Source: a virus
IMG/VR virus record: IMGVR_UViG_3300025073_000042
Span: 15,952 to 79,951 of that record
Length of the DNA: 64,000 bases
Strand: one strand, 5' to 3'
The position numbers and the translations under genes were made by a program. The notes under the pieces were generated by a model. That model was not told where the DNA came from and searched no databases. It saw only the letters and a list, made by a program, of their open reading frames with translations. Below, in pieces: positions 29,001 through 38,320 of the stretch (within the stretch, counting starts at the first letter, position 1; each line of letters opens with the position of its first letter).

Positions 29001-29251
29001 CGCGCAACTTGATCTGCGCCCTGCTCTACGACGGGACGGACTGGAAGCGCGCGGTGCTGGAGTGGGTGCCCGCGACGGCGCAGTGGCAGGTTCACGGGAG
29101 CGTCGCGCAGCTCGTGGCGGGCGCCGAACAGCGGGGGTCGCTGCGCCGCGAGTCGGACGGTTCCTTTAGCTTTGTCTACGTGGACGCGGACGACGCGGTT
29201 CAGCTTATTCGAGGGATGCTGGACCAAGGCAACACGCTGGCTTGGAGTTGA
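25934..29251 (+). CDS. Large tail/virion protein (1105 aa)
   Basis: Long acidic, Trp/Pro-rich ORF in tail module; Asp-box-like SLDNGRTWG near C-terminus. Confidence 0.7.
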   Translation: MAARTAITLGGAWSATLEVLNQSDAAAVAPPPAQSVGLAAVGCAAAITANSTPVGVYAPLTSAPGSEYPGHYWGSYWYTFRVSASAPSDGPYTVDYQVWLGDGWVVLGSPPTGSPPNPITGDLAVTVAITLTGVYPKAWATDAAPAARGFLWFGDRSSGYSWYADADSVVTITATGPDSTVLTASGALAGAGGELNLGIAPWLLSCTLACNRFPSGDTTYARVSDLKWGTHSLQAIADLYNPGSGDEPNPVNNPDWTRAGSAGTDFRVGPDGSMGMWCEAASASPSSCLWILGPPRRVTFKPATGFFDDNVAAEPPIEVSGTPVAWAGSPPAASPDPFTGTETFEETGGDTSRFLFEWSRFSGPTMALSVTDAWRTDNGEDVDRGDPDDPDNPTTDQDDKKCALYLHPIDVTNLNGIPWDEWGTFLTITPEGNLGVVKPAGVSRPANWVGSGGLTPDETTNDLWHVAAASSAPKATLTIAERFTSRMTRMFDHADDDPWPYHWEWGFQYNRANPPTAIEELLDPEAYRFPENIWHWKNRGAGRLDITAPRAGTVVLTVNYKIPVFDFPFYAGGEWNWGPDSPSSLSWVTGTVSWNVAVEVGANTVTFDLALPNTGDYDPQLHVVTSIEVLLPAATEAEDWTLSEITLLPRDPNALSRNEGENYHHVWSMFDPYNWAADFTGFRGLLSGRRILAIPSGQDGMVGVETALMIRQKRRHDPDSEATGVLDYAKAASTTAAEIGYQEGLLCEYADPTPEVGAHNRDADLNQFVASFRAFDLRHTHEFQGDGAVNITGCPKVVSIAVPYGLCGLDGDDADEGVVVYYDKYPRGREQGLGFSGRSGRARRTGTVYLWKRPLAGGAWELTTFSAVPDRFGRWNLGPDKEKGWEYGVTDSSTTSPDSGSEFRNREYVWFTITLAGAKSLDHLRDLEGRIQVYYENTDGQLVRRWYTPTEDAYAETILWPAQTTDSHPNIMRTAGSSALTLLFIRDADAVLVVESLDNGRTWGDPLSIATGYTIAEAEIDGPRNLICALLYDGTDWKRAVLEWVPATAQWQVHGSVAQLVAGAEQRGSLRRESDGSFSFVYVDADDAVQLIRGMLDQGNTLAWS

Positions 29252-29255
29252 TGGC

Positions 29256-29507
29256 ATGGAGATCGACCCGAGATCGACGGTCTATTCGGGGGGGGAAGTC
29301 GAGTTGCCGCGTACCCTGCTTGGCTACGTTGCGCGCGCCCTCCTGTGGTTGGCTCGCTGGTCGCCGTGGCTGGAGCGGTACGCTTGGCGTGTCGTATTGC
29401 GAGCGGCACTCCCCAATGCGAGCATCGAGTGGAAGACGATGCAGGTTGATGATTCGGCCTTGACGGATAAGCAGAAGGCCCTCCTGAAATCTATCAGCAT
29501 GGACTAA
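29256..29507 (+). CDS. Hypothetical protein
   Basis: Short ORF between tail genes. Confidence 0.4.
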   Translation: MEIDPRSTVYSGGEVELPRTLLGYVARALLWLARWSPWLERYAWRVVLRAALPNASIEWKTMQVDDSALTDKQKALLKSISMD

Positions 29508-29511
29508 GCCC

Positions 29512-31722
29512 GTGGCCTCCACGCGCCTCCATCCGCTGTCCTCTGTCCGGCTCTTCGACGCCGGTGCCGATGGCTACGCGAGCGACCGCGGCTTCTACGT
29601 CCACGACATTCTCTCGCAGTCCTGGCCCTCGTGCCGACCGACCTGGGCGGTCGGCGAGGACAGCTACCAGTACCCGACGACCTTCCTGCTCGCCGAGCTG
29701 GGCGTCGTACTGCCCGCCTTCGAGATTGTGCCCCGCGACGCGAGCCTCGATCACTGGTCGGGGTGGACGAACGTCATCGGCGGGGGTACCTGGGAGACCT
29801 CGTTGGCGCAGGCCGCCGGCGGCAAGCTCTTCATCTACCACATCTACACGACGCCCGGCGCTACCTACGCGCTGACCTCGGACTTCGATCTGCCGGACGA
29901 CCCCTGGTTCTGCTTCAGCCTCGCCGTCGAGACGCCGCTGCGGACCAACGCCTCCGGCAACACCGAGGCCGCGTTCGTGGACGTGGTGTTCGGCGGGGGA
30001 GGCTGGGCGATTCAGTTCCGGCCGCAGGGGAGCCCCGCGCTCTTCAAAGCGGACGGCGGGGAGTGGGTGCAGGTCGCGGAGCTGCCCAGCCCCGAGACGC
30101 GCCCGTGGCGCCCCTTCGGGAGCAACGACTTCCCGGCGGTCTTCGATGTCGTGGTGGGCGTCGTGCGCGGCGCGCTCGCCATCAGCTTCGACCGCGGCGC
30201 GTCGTGGGCGACCTACACCGAGCCCGGAGGGATCATCGTGCAACAGGGGCCCGTGGTCGTCGGGGGCTACGGACAGGGCTGCTTCTGGTGGTGGCACGAG
30301 GTTCGGCCGCTGCTCCATGAGAACGCCCCCTCGCCCGCCTTCGCGTCGATGCTACACCCGATCTTCGATGATCGGCCCTCGGAGACGGACCCGGCCACGC
30401 TGCTCGTGACGGCGGGCTATCACGCCTTCGTACCCGAAGGCACGGCAGTCGCCGTCGAGCAGAACGAGACGGACGCCGGAGATCCCGGCGTCTTTTCATA
30501 CACGGCGACGTTCATGACGGCGCAGGCGACGATGGGCGGCGCGCCCTTCGACTCCTGGCGCTTCCCCGCCCTCTGCGCGGTGGACGCCTACTGGACGCCG
30601 ACGCTCGTCGCGCCCGCCCCGGGGGCCTACGCGGAACTGACCGTGCCCGGCGGGGCGTCGTTCGGCGTGGACGGCATCCACGTCGAGCTTCCGCAGGACC
30701 TCGCGGCCAACTCGGCGACCCTCGAACTGAGCCTGCGCCCCAACATCACCTTCACCGGCGAGTACCGCTGGCGGTACGTCGAGATCGACCTCGGCTTCCG
30801 GCACGAGGATGACAGCTACGCCATGTGGCCGGTCTTCGCGGGCTACGTGCAGGAGTGCGAGACCCGTCAGACGCCGGAGTGGAACCAGGGCCACAAGCTG
30901 ACCCTGCGCCTCGCCGACGCGACGTGGCGCTTCAAGACCTCCGAGGTAGACGAAGGCTTCCCCTGCCTGGACTTCGCCAACGGCAACGAGGCCCTGCTGT
31001 CCGTCGCGGCGCGCGCGGGATGGAGCCCGACGCGCTGCTCGTTCGTGGCGACGACCATCGCCCTATCCGGCGGCACGGCGGATGCGCCGGTCTGGCATTG
31101 GGCGGGCTCGCGCGCGGAGTTGCGCCTGGGGCAGGGCCTGTGGGAGGTCATGGCACGGATCGCCGACTACCTCGGCGTCGAGTTGTTCATCGGCGGCGAC
31201 GGCGTGCTGTACACGCGCGTCCGGAACGTCGTGCTGCCGGCCTTGCACACCTTCGACGGAAGCCAGTCCTCGGACCTGGACGACGCCATTGAGTCCATCG
31301 AGTACGCGGCCCGGTCTTCGGACCTCGGGACGGCGGTCATCGTGCGCGGCGAGGACGACTCCTCCCGCGGCGTCGCCGTCTACGCCATCGACTTCAGCCG
31401 GGAACGGGTGCCGGGCAACGACCCCTTCATCTCCTGGCGACAGACGCGGCGCGTGGACGGGCGCGAGTACACGGAGATCGACGAGTGCGCGCGCGTGGCG
31501 CTGCTGGAGTACGCGCAGATGCACGAGTCGGGCTTCACCTTGGGCTTCGAGTCGCACGGGAACCCCGAGGTAGACCGGCGCGAGCAGGTGCAGATCACGA
31601 ACGTCGCCGTGGGGACGGGGGTAGCCCAGCGGTTTATCGTGATGGAAGTGGGCCACGACTGGGGGGCGGTGCTCTCGAACTGCAGAAGCGAGTTCGTTTG
31701 CCGGAGGATTGAGGACGCATGA
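29512..31722 (+). CDS. Tail tip / baseplate hub-like protein
   Basis: VFAGYV, LW.VM..IA..LG.ELF...DG.L and GNP.....EQVQI are typical of hub proteins. Confidence 0.65.
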   Translation: MASTRLHPLSSVRLFDAGADGYASDRGFYVHDILSQSWPSCRPTWAVGEDSYQYPTTFLLAELGVVLPAFEIVPRDASLDHWSGWTNVIGGGTWETSLAQAAGGKLFIYHIYTTPGATYALTSDFDLPDDPWFCFSLAVETPLRTNASGNTEAAFVDVVFGGGGWAIQFRPQGSPALFKADGGEWVQVAELPSPETRPWRPFGSNDFPAVFDVVVGVVRGALAISFDRGASWATYTEPGGIIVQQGPVVVGGYGQGCFWWWHEVRPLLHENAPSPAFASMLHPIFDDRPSETDPATLLVTAGYHAFVPEGTAVAVEQNETDAGDPGVFSYTATFMTAQATMGGAPFDSWRFPALCAVDAYWTPTLVAPAPGAYAELTVPGGASFGVDGIHVELPQDLAANSATLELSLRPNITFTGEYRWRYVEIDLGFRHEDDSYAMWPVFAGYVQECETRQTPEWNQGHKLTLRLADATWRFKTSEVDEGFPCLDFANGNEALLSVAARAGWSPTRCSFVATTIALSGGTADAPVWHWAGSRAELRLGQGLWEVMARIADYLGVELFIGGDGVLYTRVRNVVLPALHTFDGSQSSDLDDAIESIEYAARSSDLGTAVIVRGEDDSSRGVAVYAIDFSRERVPGNDPFISWRQTRRVDGREYTEIDECARVALLEYAQMHESGFTLGFESHGNPEVDRREQVQITNVAVGTGVAQRFIVMEVGHDWGAVLSNCRSEFVCRRIEDA

Positions 31723-31949
31723 AGATCATCGGTCGCCACGCCTCACAGGTCCGCGCCGCCGTCCGCGAAGCGGTGCGCGTCACGAGCCGACGGAACCCCG
31801 GCCTCAGCGAACGGATGCTGGGGGCCATGCACTCCTCCGGCGGAATCTGCCTGACGTTCGCCGACGGCACGGCGACGCGGACGAAGTTCACGCTGGGGGC
31901 TCCGCTGCAGGACTTCCCTTACGTGGGAGCCTCGCCCACGCTACGCTAA
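31719..31949 (+). CDS. Hypothetical protein
   Basis: ATGA overlap with previous stop. Confidence 0.5.
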   Translation: MKIIGRHASQVRAAVREAVRVTSRRNPGLSERMLGAMHSSGGICLTFADGTATRTKFTLGAPLQDFPYVGASPTLR

Positions 31950-32003
31950 GACGCCTTGACGCTATGACGCTACAGCGTTATGCTGTCAGGAAGGCAAAAC
32001 GCC

Positions 32004-32774
32004 ATGCTCCGACAACCCTTCTCCCAGCTCCCCGATGATGTCGGCTACGCAGACTCCTTCCCGATCTCGAACTGGGAGCGCCTCTTCGACGGGCTCGACC
32101 TGCAACTCTCCGCCGCCCTGAAGTACGCCTGCGGAGAGGGGGTCATCGCCGGCGGCACGATTCAGACCGACAAGACCGTGACGCCCATCGAGTGCGTCAC
32201 CGGCGGCGGCGCGCAGGGGACCTGGTACGGCAAGACCACGGCCAACACCGACCTCTCGGCCCTGCTCACCAACAGCCTCGAGAACGTCGTCTGGGTCTGC
32301 CTGGTCCGAATGCCGACGACCGGCGCGGATGCGTGGCCGGGGTACAGCTCGACGTTCAACGCCGGGACCCTCCAGTTCAAGGTACAGCCGACCGCGCCGC
32401 CGAACTCCTTCAAGCTGGGATCGATCACGCTCGACGGCGCGGGCGCCGTGACCGCCGTGGACAACAGCCCCATCGAGCGGCCGGAGATCTACGCGCCGAG
32501 CTTCCGCCCTTGGACGGGCAGCGTGACCTTCACGCCAGCGGGGGCGGACGCTGAGTGGGTGGAGTGCGATCACTCCGCCGACATTCAGTTCGCCGTGCCG
32601 GGACAGGTGACGTACTGGAACCCGAAGGCCGGCGGCTTCGAGGTGGGGCCGATCGCGAACGGCGAGCCCGGCGGCGTGTGGCTCCTGGTGACGCCCCCAG
32701 CGTCTGGTGATCCGTACTACGGCAGCGCCAGCGTGCGGCTGTACGTGACGCGCATCGGCATCCAGCAGAAGTGA
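32004..32774 (+). CDS. Tail-associated structural protein
   Basis: GEGVIAGG...PPNSFKLGSITLDGAGAVTAVDN, a fibre-attachment-like pattern. Confidence 0.6.
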   Translation: MLRQPFSQLPDDVGYADSFPISNWERLFDGLDLQLSAALKYACGEGVIAGGTIQTDKTVTPIECVTGGGAQGTWYGKTTANTDLSALLTNSLENVVWVCLVRMPTTGADAWPGYSSTFNAGTLQFKVQPTAPPNSFKLGSITLDGAGAVTAVDNSPIERPEIYAPSFRPWTGSVTFTPAGADAEWVECDHSADIQFAVPGQVTYWNPKAGGFEVGPIANGEPGGVWLLVTPPASGDPYYGSASVRLYVTRIGIQQK

Positions 32775-32783
32775 GCCCGCCAC

Positions 32784-34427
32784 ATGGCCGTCCATCGTGG
32801 GCACGCCGTCACGCGCAACGCACAGCACGTCGTCGTCGGGGCCAGCCAGACGACCCCCGCCGGCCGTAAAGGCGGAGGGCACGCGAAGCGGCGTCCGGCG
32901 AAGCTCGCCTGGCGGGAGGCGGTCGAGGACATGCCCCTGACGATCTCGGTGGTGATCCCCACTCGCAACCTGCCGGACTCCCACGTTCGGCGTTGCGTCG
33001 CCGCGCTGCCCGAGGACGTGGAGGCCGTGCTGGTCCTCACCGACGCCGGGCACACGGATGTCTCCTGGCTCGCCGGACGCCCCCACACGAAGGTCGCCCA
33101 GGACTTCGCGCCCTTCGTCTTCGCCCGCGCCTCGAACCTCGGCGCCCGAGCGGCAAGCGGCGAGGCGCTGCTGTTCCTGAACGATGACTGCTTCTTCCGC
33201 GACCCGAGCGACGTTCACGCGCTCTGCTCCGCGCTCAACGATCCCTCGTGCGGCGCCGTTGCGCCGCTCGCCACCTACGCGGGGAACCCCGACATGCGCG
33301 GGCAGTCTGCGACCGGAGAGGTGCGGCGCACCTTCCGACCGCTCAACGGTTTCTGCGTCGCCCTGCGTCGGGGCACGTTCTACGGGGTCGGCGGCTGGGA
33401 CGAACGTTACCGCGGCTACGGCACCGACGACGACGACCTCGCCACGCAGCTCATGCAGCGACACTACCGGCTCCGGGTGAACGGCGCGGTCTGTGTGGAT
33501 CACGTCGGTCACGCCAGCTTCGGGCGCGATTGGGAGCACATCCATTCCGAGATCGAGAAGTGGGGCGCGGTCTTCGCCGAGAAGTGGGGCTTCCCGCGCG
33601 AGGGCCTGGCGTCACGGTTCACCGATCCGGAGGTCTCGGTCGTCATCCCCTGCTACAACGCCGAGGAGTGGATCGCCGAGTGCGTCGCGTCGTGCTTTGC
33701 GCAGGAGAGCGCGCCGAGCTTGGAGGTCGTGGTCGTCAACGACGGTTCCACGGATGGCAGCCTCGAAGTGCTGCGGGCGCTGAAGGCGCGGTATGGCGAA
33801 TCGCTGATCGTGATGACTCAGCCGAACGCCGGTCCCTCCGCCGCGCGCAACAAGGGCGTCCGACGGTCCCTCGGGCAGACCATCGTGTTCCAGGACGCCG
33901 ATGACCTCATGCCGCCGACGCGGGTCCGAGACTCGGTGGCGGCGCTCGCCGACCTCGATCTCGTGTACGGGCAGTGCTGGTACTTCGAGCCCGGCCAGCC
34001 GGTCGAGTCGGGCTACCTCATCGAAGGGATCGTCAGCCCACATCCCGACCTCATTGCCCAGGGCAACGGCTTCCGCATCGGGGCCTCCGCTGCACGGCGG
34101 AGCCTCTTCGAGGAGCACGGCGTCTGGCTCGACGAGGCGATGGCCGGCGCGGAGGACTGGGAACTCATGGTTCACGCCGTCGCGAAGGGTTTGCGGGTCG
34201 CCGCCCACGGAGTCGGCGCGGCGCAGGCGCACTTCGCGGCTGGGAAGCAGGGCGACGTTCCGGTGATGCTCTGGCGCCGGATGGTCAAGGGCTCGCTGCG
34301 TTGGCGTGTGGACTACGAGCAGCTTCGTGCCCACGGTTGCCGGAAGCACGCGCGGTTCTTCGGGTACGTGCAGGAGCACGGCGCGCTGCCCCCACGCGGA
34401 GAGGATTGGACGGGCGGGATTTCGTGA
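32784..34427 (+). CDS. Tandem GT2 glycosyltransferase (two GT-A domains)
   Basis: Domain 1: ISVVIP...FLNDD...GGWDE..YG.DD.D. Domain 2: VSVVIPCYN..VNDGSTD..FQDADD..EDWE. Confidence 0.9.
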   Translation: MAVHRGHAVTRNAQHVVVGASQTTPAGRKGGGHAKRRPAKLAWREAVEDMPLTISVVIPTRNLPDSHVRRCVAALPEDVEAVLVLTDAGHTDVSWLAGRPHTKVAQDFAPFVFARASNLGARAASGEALLFLNDDCFFRDPSDVHALCSALNDPSCGAVAPLATYAGNPDMRGQSATGEVRRTFRPLNGFCVALRRGTFYGVGGWDERYRGYGTDDDDLATQLMQRHYRLRVNGAVCVDHVGHASFGRDWEHIHSEIEKWGAVFAEKWGFPREGLASRFTDPEVSVVIPCYNAEEWIAECVASCFAQESAPSLEVVVVNDGSTDGSLEVLRALKARYGESLIVMTQPNAGPSAARNKGVRRSLGQTIVFQDADDLMPPTRVRDSVAALADLDLVYGQCWYFEPGQPVESGYLIEGIVSPHPDLIAQGNGFRIGASAARRSLFEEHGVWLDEAMAGAEDWELMVHAVAKGLRVAAHGVGAAQAHFAAGKQGDVPVMLWRRMVKGSLRWRVDYEQLRAHGCRKHARFFGYVQEHGALPPRGEDWTGGIS

Positions 34428-34521
34428 TTTCCTTGTGTCACGTGCGTGCGCCTGCGCGCCCTCGTGCGCGCGAGGTTTGCGGAAACCACATTCGCCAACC
34501 AACCGCGCAACGGCAAAAGGC

Positions 34522-34550
34522 TTGACGTTCTGGCAGTTTTGGCTTATATA
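34522..34550 (+). promoter_or_regulatory. Sigma70-type promoter of the accessory operon
   Basis: TTGACG-17 bp-TATATA. Confidence 0.7.
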
Positions 34551-34614
34551 TAGGAGGTGATTCCTCGGGAATCGGTTAGCGGAAACCAGCCCCGAGAGGA
34601 GTTGTGTGGACCAT

Positions 34615-35898
34615 AAGAAAAGCGGCAGGGGACCGTCGTCTTTAGGCGACGGTGGAATGCCGCAACCTCCCTCCTGGTTTGACTTGCTCTGCCCTATATG
34701 GTATGATACCAACGTGAACCGAACGGTGCGTCTCATGCTCCAACCTACCCCTGAGCAGGCCTCTGCGCTGGCTGAGACCTCTCGCCAGTTCACGGAGGTC
34801 TTCAACGTTGTCTGCGCCTGGGGTTGGGCCAACACCGAACGCAACGGCGTCCGACTGCATCATGCTACCTACCGGGACCTGAAGACGCGCCTCCCCGCCC
34901 TGGTCTCCGACCTCCACTGCCAAGCCAGAGTCAAGGCGACCGAGGCCCTGAAGTCTGCCTTCGCCCTGCGGCTGAAAGGGCAGAAGGTCAACGCCCCTCA
35001 TTCCGACGCTTGTCCATCTCGCCTGAACATCCACACCTTCAAACTGGATTGGTCGGCCTCCGCCGTTCGCCTCTCGACGACGGATGGCCGGATGACCGTG
35101 CCCTTCTCGGCCCCGCAGTTCTCCGAGAAGTGGACGGGCGAAACTCCGCTGACCGCCGACCTCATCGAACGCAACGGTCGTTGGTGGTTGCACGTCGCGG
35201 TTGACGTACCCGCGCCGGTTGTCATGCCCTCGGCAGAGGTCGTCGGCGTTGACCTTGGGATCGCTCGGCCCGCCGTCATCTCCAACAACTGCTTCCTCGG
35301 GAAGCGCGGTTGGCGCAAGATCGAAGACCGCAACCTCCGTCTTCGTCGTGCCCTTCAGACGGCGGGCACCAAGTCCGCCAAACGGCATCTGAAGAAGATG
35401 CGCCGCCGACAGGCCCGATTTCGAAGAGACTGTGATCACGTCCTCTCGAAGCAGATCGTGGCCGCCGTCCAACCCGGCGGGACCGTCGTCCTCGAAGACC
35501 TGAAGAACATCCGCTCCTGCGCCCGTCAACGACGCGGAGGGCAGTCCCGTCGCCTGCACGGATGGTCGTTCGCGCAACTGAAGTCCTTCGTCCAGTACAA
35601 GGCCGAGGAGGTTGGGGTAACGGTGGCGCTGGTCAATCCGGCGCATACCTCTCAGACCTGCTCCTCCTGTGGACACAAAGCCCGCAACAATCGCCGGTCG
35701 CAGTCGGCGTTCGTCTGTCGTCAGTGCGGCTTCACGCTGAATGCCGACCTCAACGCGGCCCGCAACATCGCGGCCAAGTACCTCACCGCCTCCGGCATGA
35801 CCGGAGCGGATGGGCTGTCTATCAAGCAGCCTGATGTGGGGAGTCATGCTCTGCATGGTTCACTCACAAGCCGTCTGCTTTAGCTGGCGGTACTTGAC
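34615..35898 (+). mobile_element. IS200/IS605 family, solo-TnpB (IS1341-like) element
   Basis: Left-end hairpin ACCGTCGTC-TTTAG-GCGACGGT after CCAT; right end ...GCCGTCTGCTTTAGCTGGCGGTACTTGAC; no tnpA. Confidence 0.8.
34714..35883 (+). CDS. tnpB: RNA-guided endonuclease TnpB
   Basis: RuvC D-E-D intact (VGVDLG, VVLEDL, NADLNAA); Zn finger CSSC..CRQC; GTG start just after TTGACT-17-TATGAT (likely leaderless). Confidence 0.93.
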   Translation: MNRTVRLMLQPTPEQASALAETSRQFTEVFNVVCAWGWANTERNGVRLHHATYRDLKTRLPALVSDLHCQARVKATEALKSAFALRLKGQKVNAPHSDACPSRLNIHTFKLDWSASAVRLSTTDGRMTVPFSAPQFSEKWTGETPLTADLIERNGRWWLHVAVDVPAPVVMPSAEVVGVDLGIARPAVISNNCFLGKRGWRKIEDRNLRLRRALQTAGTKSAKRHLKKMRRRQARFRRDCDHVLSKQIVAAVQPGGTVVLEDLKNIRSCARQRRGGQSRRLHGWSFAQLKSFVQYKAEEVGVTVALVNPAHTSQTCSSCGHKARNNRRSQSAFVCRQCGFTLNADLNAARNIAAKYLTASGMTGADGLSIKQPDVGSHALHGSLTSRLL

Positions 35899-35964
35899 AT
35901 ATAGAAGGCGATTCTTCAGGAATCGGTTAGCGCAAACCAGACCCCGAGAGGAGCCGTGGAGACC

Positions 35965-36642
35965 ATGAGACGAGGCGCACGAGGCTTCACCCTGATCGAG
36001 CTGTTGGTGGTCATTGCGATCATCGCCATCCTGGCGGCGATCCTGTTCCCTGTCTTCGCCCGCGCTCGTGAGAAGGCGAAGTCGGCAAGCTGTCTGAGCA
36101 ACGTCAAGCAACTTACGCTTGGTCTGATGATGTACGTCGGTGACTACAACGACACGATTCCGATGACCGGCGCGGGCTTCTGGGATGGCGGCGGGAACTG
36201 GACAGGCTGTTGTAACCTGCGGTGGTATACGAGCATCTTCCCCTATCTGAAGAACCAGGAAATCCTCGCCTGCCCCTCCGTGCGCGGACAGTTGGGCTAT
36301 GTGGCCGTCTGTCGCACGCAGGCCTCCATCCTCAGCGAGCTATCATCGCCAGCCACGACCGGGATCATCACCGACGCATACCGCCCGCAGCCCAGACTGG
36401 ACTCGGGACAGGACTATGCGGACGGTAGTCCGGTGTACGCTCCGGCGAAGCTCCAACAGCCCACCAACGCGCCGTGGGGCGGTCCCCCGCCCTGCTCGGG
36501 AGGCCTGGCGAATGCGCTGCCCGCCGACCGGCACAATCGAGGGGTCAACGTGGGGTATCTCGACGGACATGCTAAATGGCAGGGAGTGGTGGTCTTCTCT
36601 GGTGATCGAGCCATCATCCCGGCCTCCAAGTGGGACCCGTAA
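35965..36642 (+). CDS. Prepilin-type N-terminal cleavage/methylation protein with H-X9-DG motif (DUF1559-like)
   Basis: [39 protein letters not shown] and [16 protein letters not shown]. Confidence 0.92.
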   Translation: MRRGARGFTLIELLVVIAIIAILAAILFPVFARAREKAKSASCLSNVKQLTLGLMMYVGDYNDTIPMTGAGFWDGGGNWTGCCNLRWYTSIFPYLKNQEILACPSVRGQLGYVAVCRTQASILSELSSPATTGIITDAYRPQPRLDSGQDYADGSPVYAPAKLQQPTNAPWGGPPPCSGGLANALPADRHNRGVNVGYLDGHAKWQGVVVFSGDRAIIPASKWDP

Positions 36643-36653
36643 GGGGATTGGTT

Positions 36654-38309
36654 ATGAGACGCACCCTGACGATAGTCCTGCTGGCCGTGTTGGCATCGGT
36701 TGGCGTGTGCCAAGACTTCACCTTGGCCGCCCTGCGAATGAGCGACAAACTGACCAATCACTCGCGTCCCCGCGCCCCTCTTCGAGGGCTGAGTCTCGCG
36801 GGGGCTCGCGGGGAGACGGTCGCGGCACAGTTCGCGGTCATCGCAGGACCCGGTTGCGAGTCCGTCAACCTCAGCACCCTTTGGTTCCAGGGCCTCATGC
36901 CAGCCGCTCACCCGATACAGTTCCTGACGCTCAAAGATGGGGAGTTGCGGGCCGAGGTCATCAGCAATAGCTGGACTGCCAGTTTTACGCCCGAGCGGAG
37001 AGTCGTGCCTATCTGGGTGACGGTGCGGATACCGGATGGCACGGCTGCGGGGCAGTATCGGGGAACGGTCACGGTCACTGGTTCGGAGCAGAAGGAGCGC
37101 ATTCCGGTAGCGGTGCGTGTCTACGACTTCGACCTTCCGAAGCAGCAGCACCTCCCCACGGACTTCGCCTTTCGGCCGGGGAAGGTCTGGGCCTACTTCA
37201 ACGATACCCCCGGCAACGACGACCGCTGGTGGGAGCACATGACCTTCGAGCGGTACTCCCGCTGGCGGGCGAAGCTGATGGAGTATCGCATCACTCCGCA
37301 GCCCTACATGGATTCCCCGCCGGCGAAGGGCCTGGATTCAATGGCCTATCAGTGCTGGCTCGATGGGTCGTGGGATGGCGAAACCTCGATGCCGGACTGG
37401 GGTCTGTTCGACCAGCAGGTAGAGGACCAGTTTGCGAATGGGGCAGCGATGGCGCGGCTCGGGTATACGAGCGCGCCGGACCCCGACTCCGACCGTTGGC
37501 GCTTCTGGCGAACGTGGTTGCCTCAGTTGGAGCGGCACGTTCGAGACGAGGGCTGGGAGCGGCGCTGCTTCATCTATCAGACGGACGAGGTGGTGCCCGA
37601 TCAGTTCCCCGGCTTCATGCAGCGCGGGGAAGCCATCGGACGCCTCGCTCCTTCGGTGAAGAGGCTGACGGTCATTCAGCATCCATACCCCGAGGAGATC
37701 AACGCCGTCACCGACATCTGGGTGACGACGATGGGCGTCTTCAGCAGCAACCAACAGCGGGCGCACGACCTCCAGGCGCAGGGGGATGAAGTTTGGGTCT
37801 ACGTGTGCTGCTCGGGAGCCCCGCCCTTCAGCGAACTCTACATCCATGAGGACGGCCTCAACCATCGGCTGCTCCCGTGGATTATCCGCAAGCATGGACT
37901 CCAGGGGTTGCTCTACTATGGGTGCTGCTTCTGGACGGATCAATACCGGGCGCGTTTGGCCGATGTGGAGGAGGATGGGACCCTCTCGCCTGTCTGGGGG
38001 CTGACGAACGGGCAGTATGATGGCGGGGGCGTCCTGCTCTACCCCGGCGGCAAGCGCATCGAGGACGAACCGCAGGTCAGCCTGCGCCTCGCGCTCCTCG
38101 GGCAGGGCCTGCAGGACTGGGAGTACTTCTGGCTGCTGGACGACCTTGTGAGGCGGGGGCGCGGGACTGAGCGGCAGAGGATGCAGGCGCGGGCACTGCT
38201 GGAGGTGCCCAATTCAGTAGTCAAGGGTTGCGGGGAGTTCACAACCGATGAGAGGCGGCTTGACGGGCATAAGGCGAAGCTGGCGCGGCTGATCGAAGCG
38301 ATGGACTGA
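36654..38309 (+). CDS. Secreted DUF4091 / GH123-like glycoside hydrolase
   Basis: Signal peptide; IWVTV.IP.GT.AG.Y.G.V.V; V.V.DF.LP; DE dyad; W.Y.C; G.L.YPG...SLRL..L.QG.QD.EY. Confidence 0.75.
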   Translation: MRRTLTIVLLAVLASVGVCQDFTLAALRMSDKLTNHSRPRAPLRGLSLAGARGETVAAQFAVIAGPGCESVNLSTLWFQGLMPAAHPIQFLTLKDGELRAEVISNSWTASFTPERRVVPIWVTVRIPDGTAAGQYRGTVTVTGSEQKERIPVAVRVYDFDLPKQQHLPTDFAFRPGKVWAYFNDTPGNDDRWWEHMTFERYSRWRAKLMEYRITPQPYMDSPPAKGLDSMAYQCWLDGSWDGETSMPDWGLFDQQVEDQFANGAAMARLGYTSAPDPDSDRWRFWRTWLPQLERHVRDEGWERRCFIYQTDEVVPDQFPGFMQRGEAIGRLAPSVKRLTVIQHPYPEEINAVTDIWVTTMGVFSSNQQRAHDLQAQGDEVWVYVCCSGAPPFSELYIHEDGLNHRLLPWIIRKHGLQGLLYYGCCFWTDQYRARLADVEEDGTLSPVWGLTNGQYDGGGVLLYPGGKRIEDEPQVSLRLALLGQGLQDWEYFWLLDDLVRRGRGTERQRMQARALLEVPNSVVKGCGEFTTDERRLDGHKAKLARLIEAMD

Positions 38310-38320
38310 GAAGGGTTGCC

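Noticed and set aside
34714-35883. Nuclease-dead TldR or Cas12f call
   Set aside because: All three RuvC acidic residues are present, IS ends are recognisable, and there is no CRISPR array.
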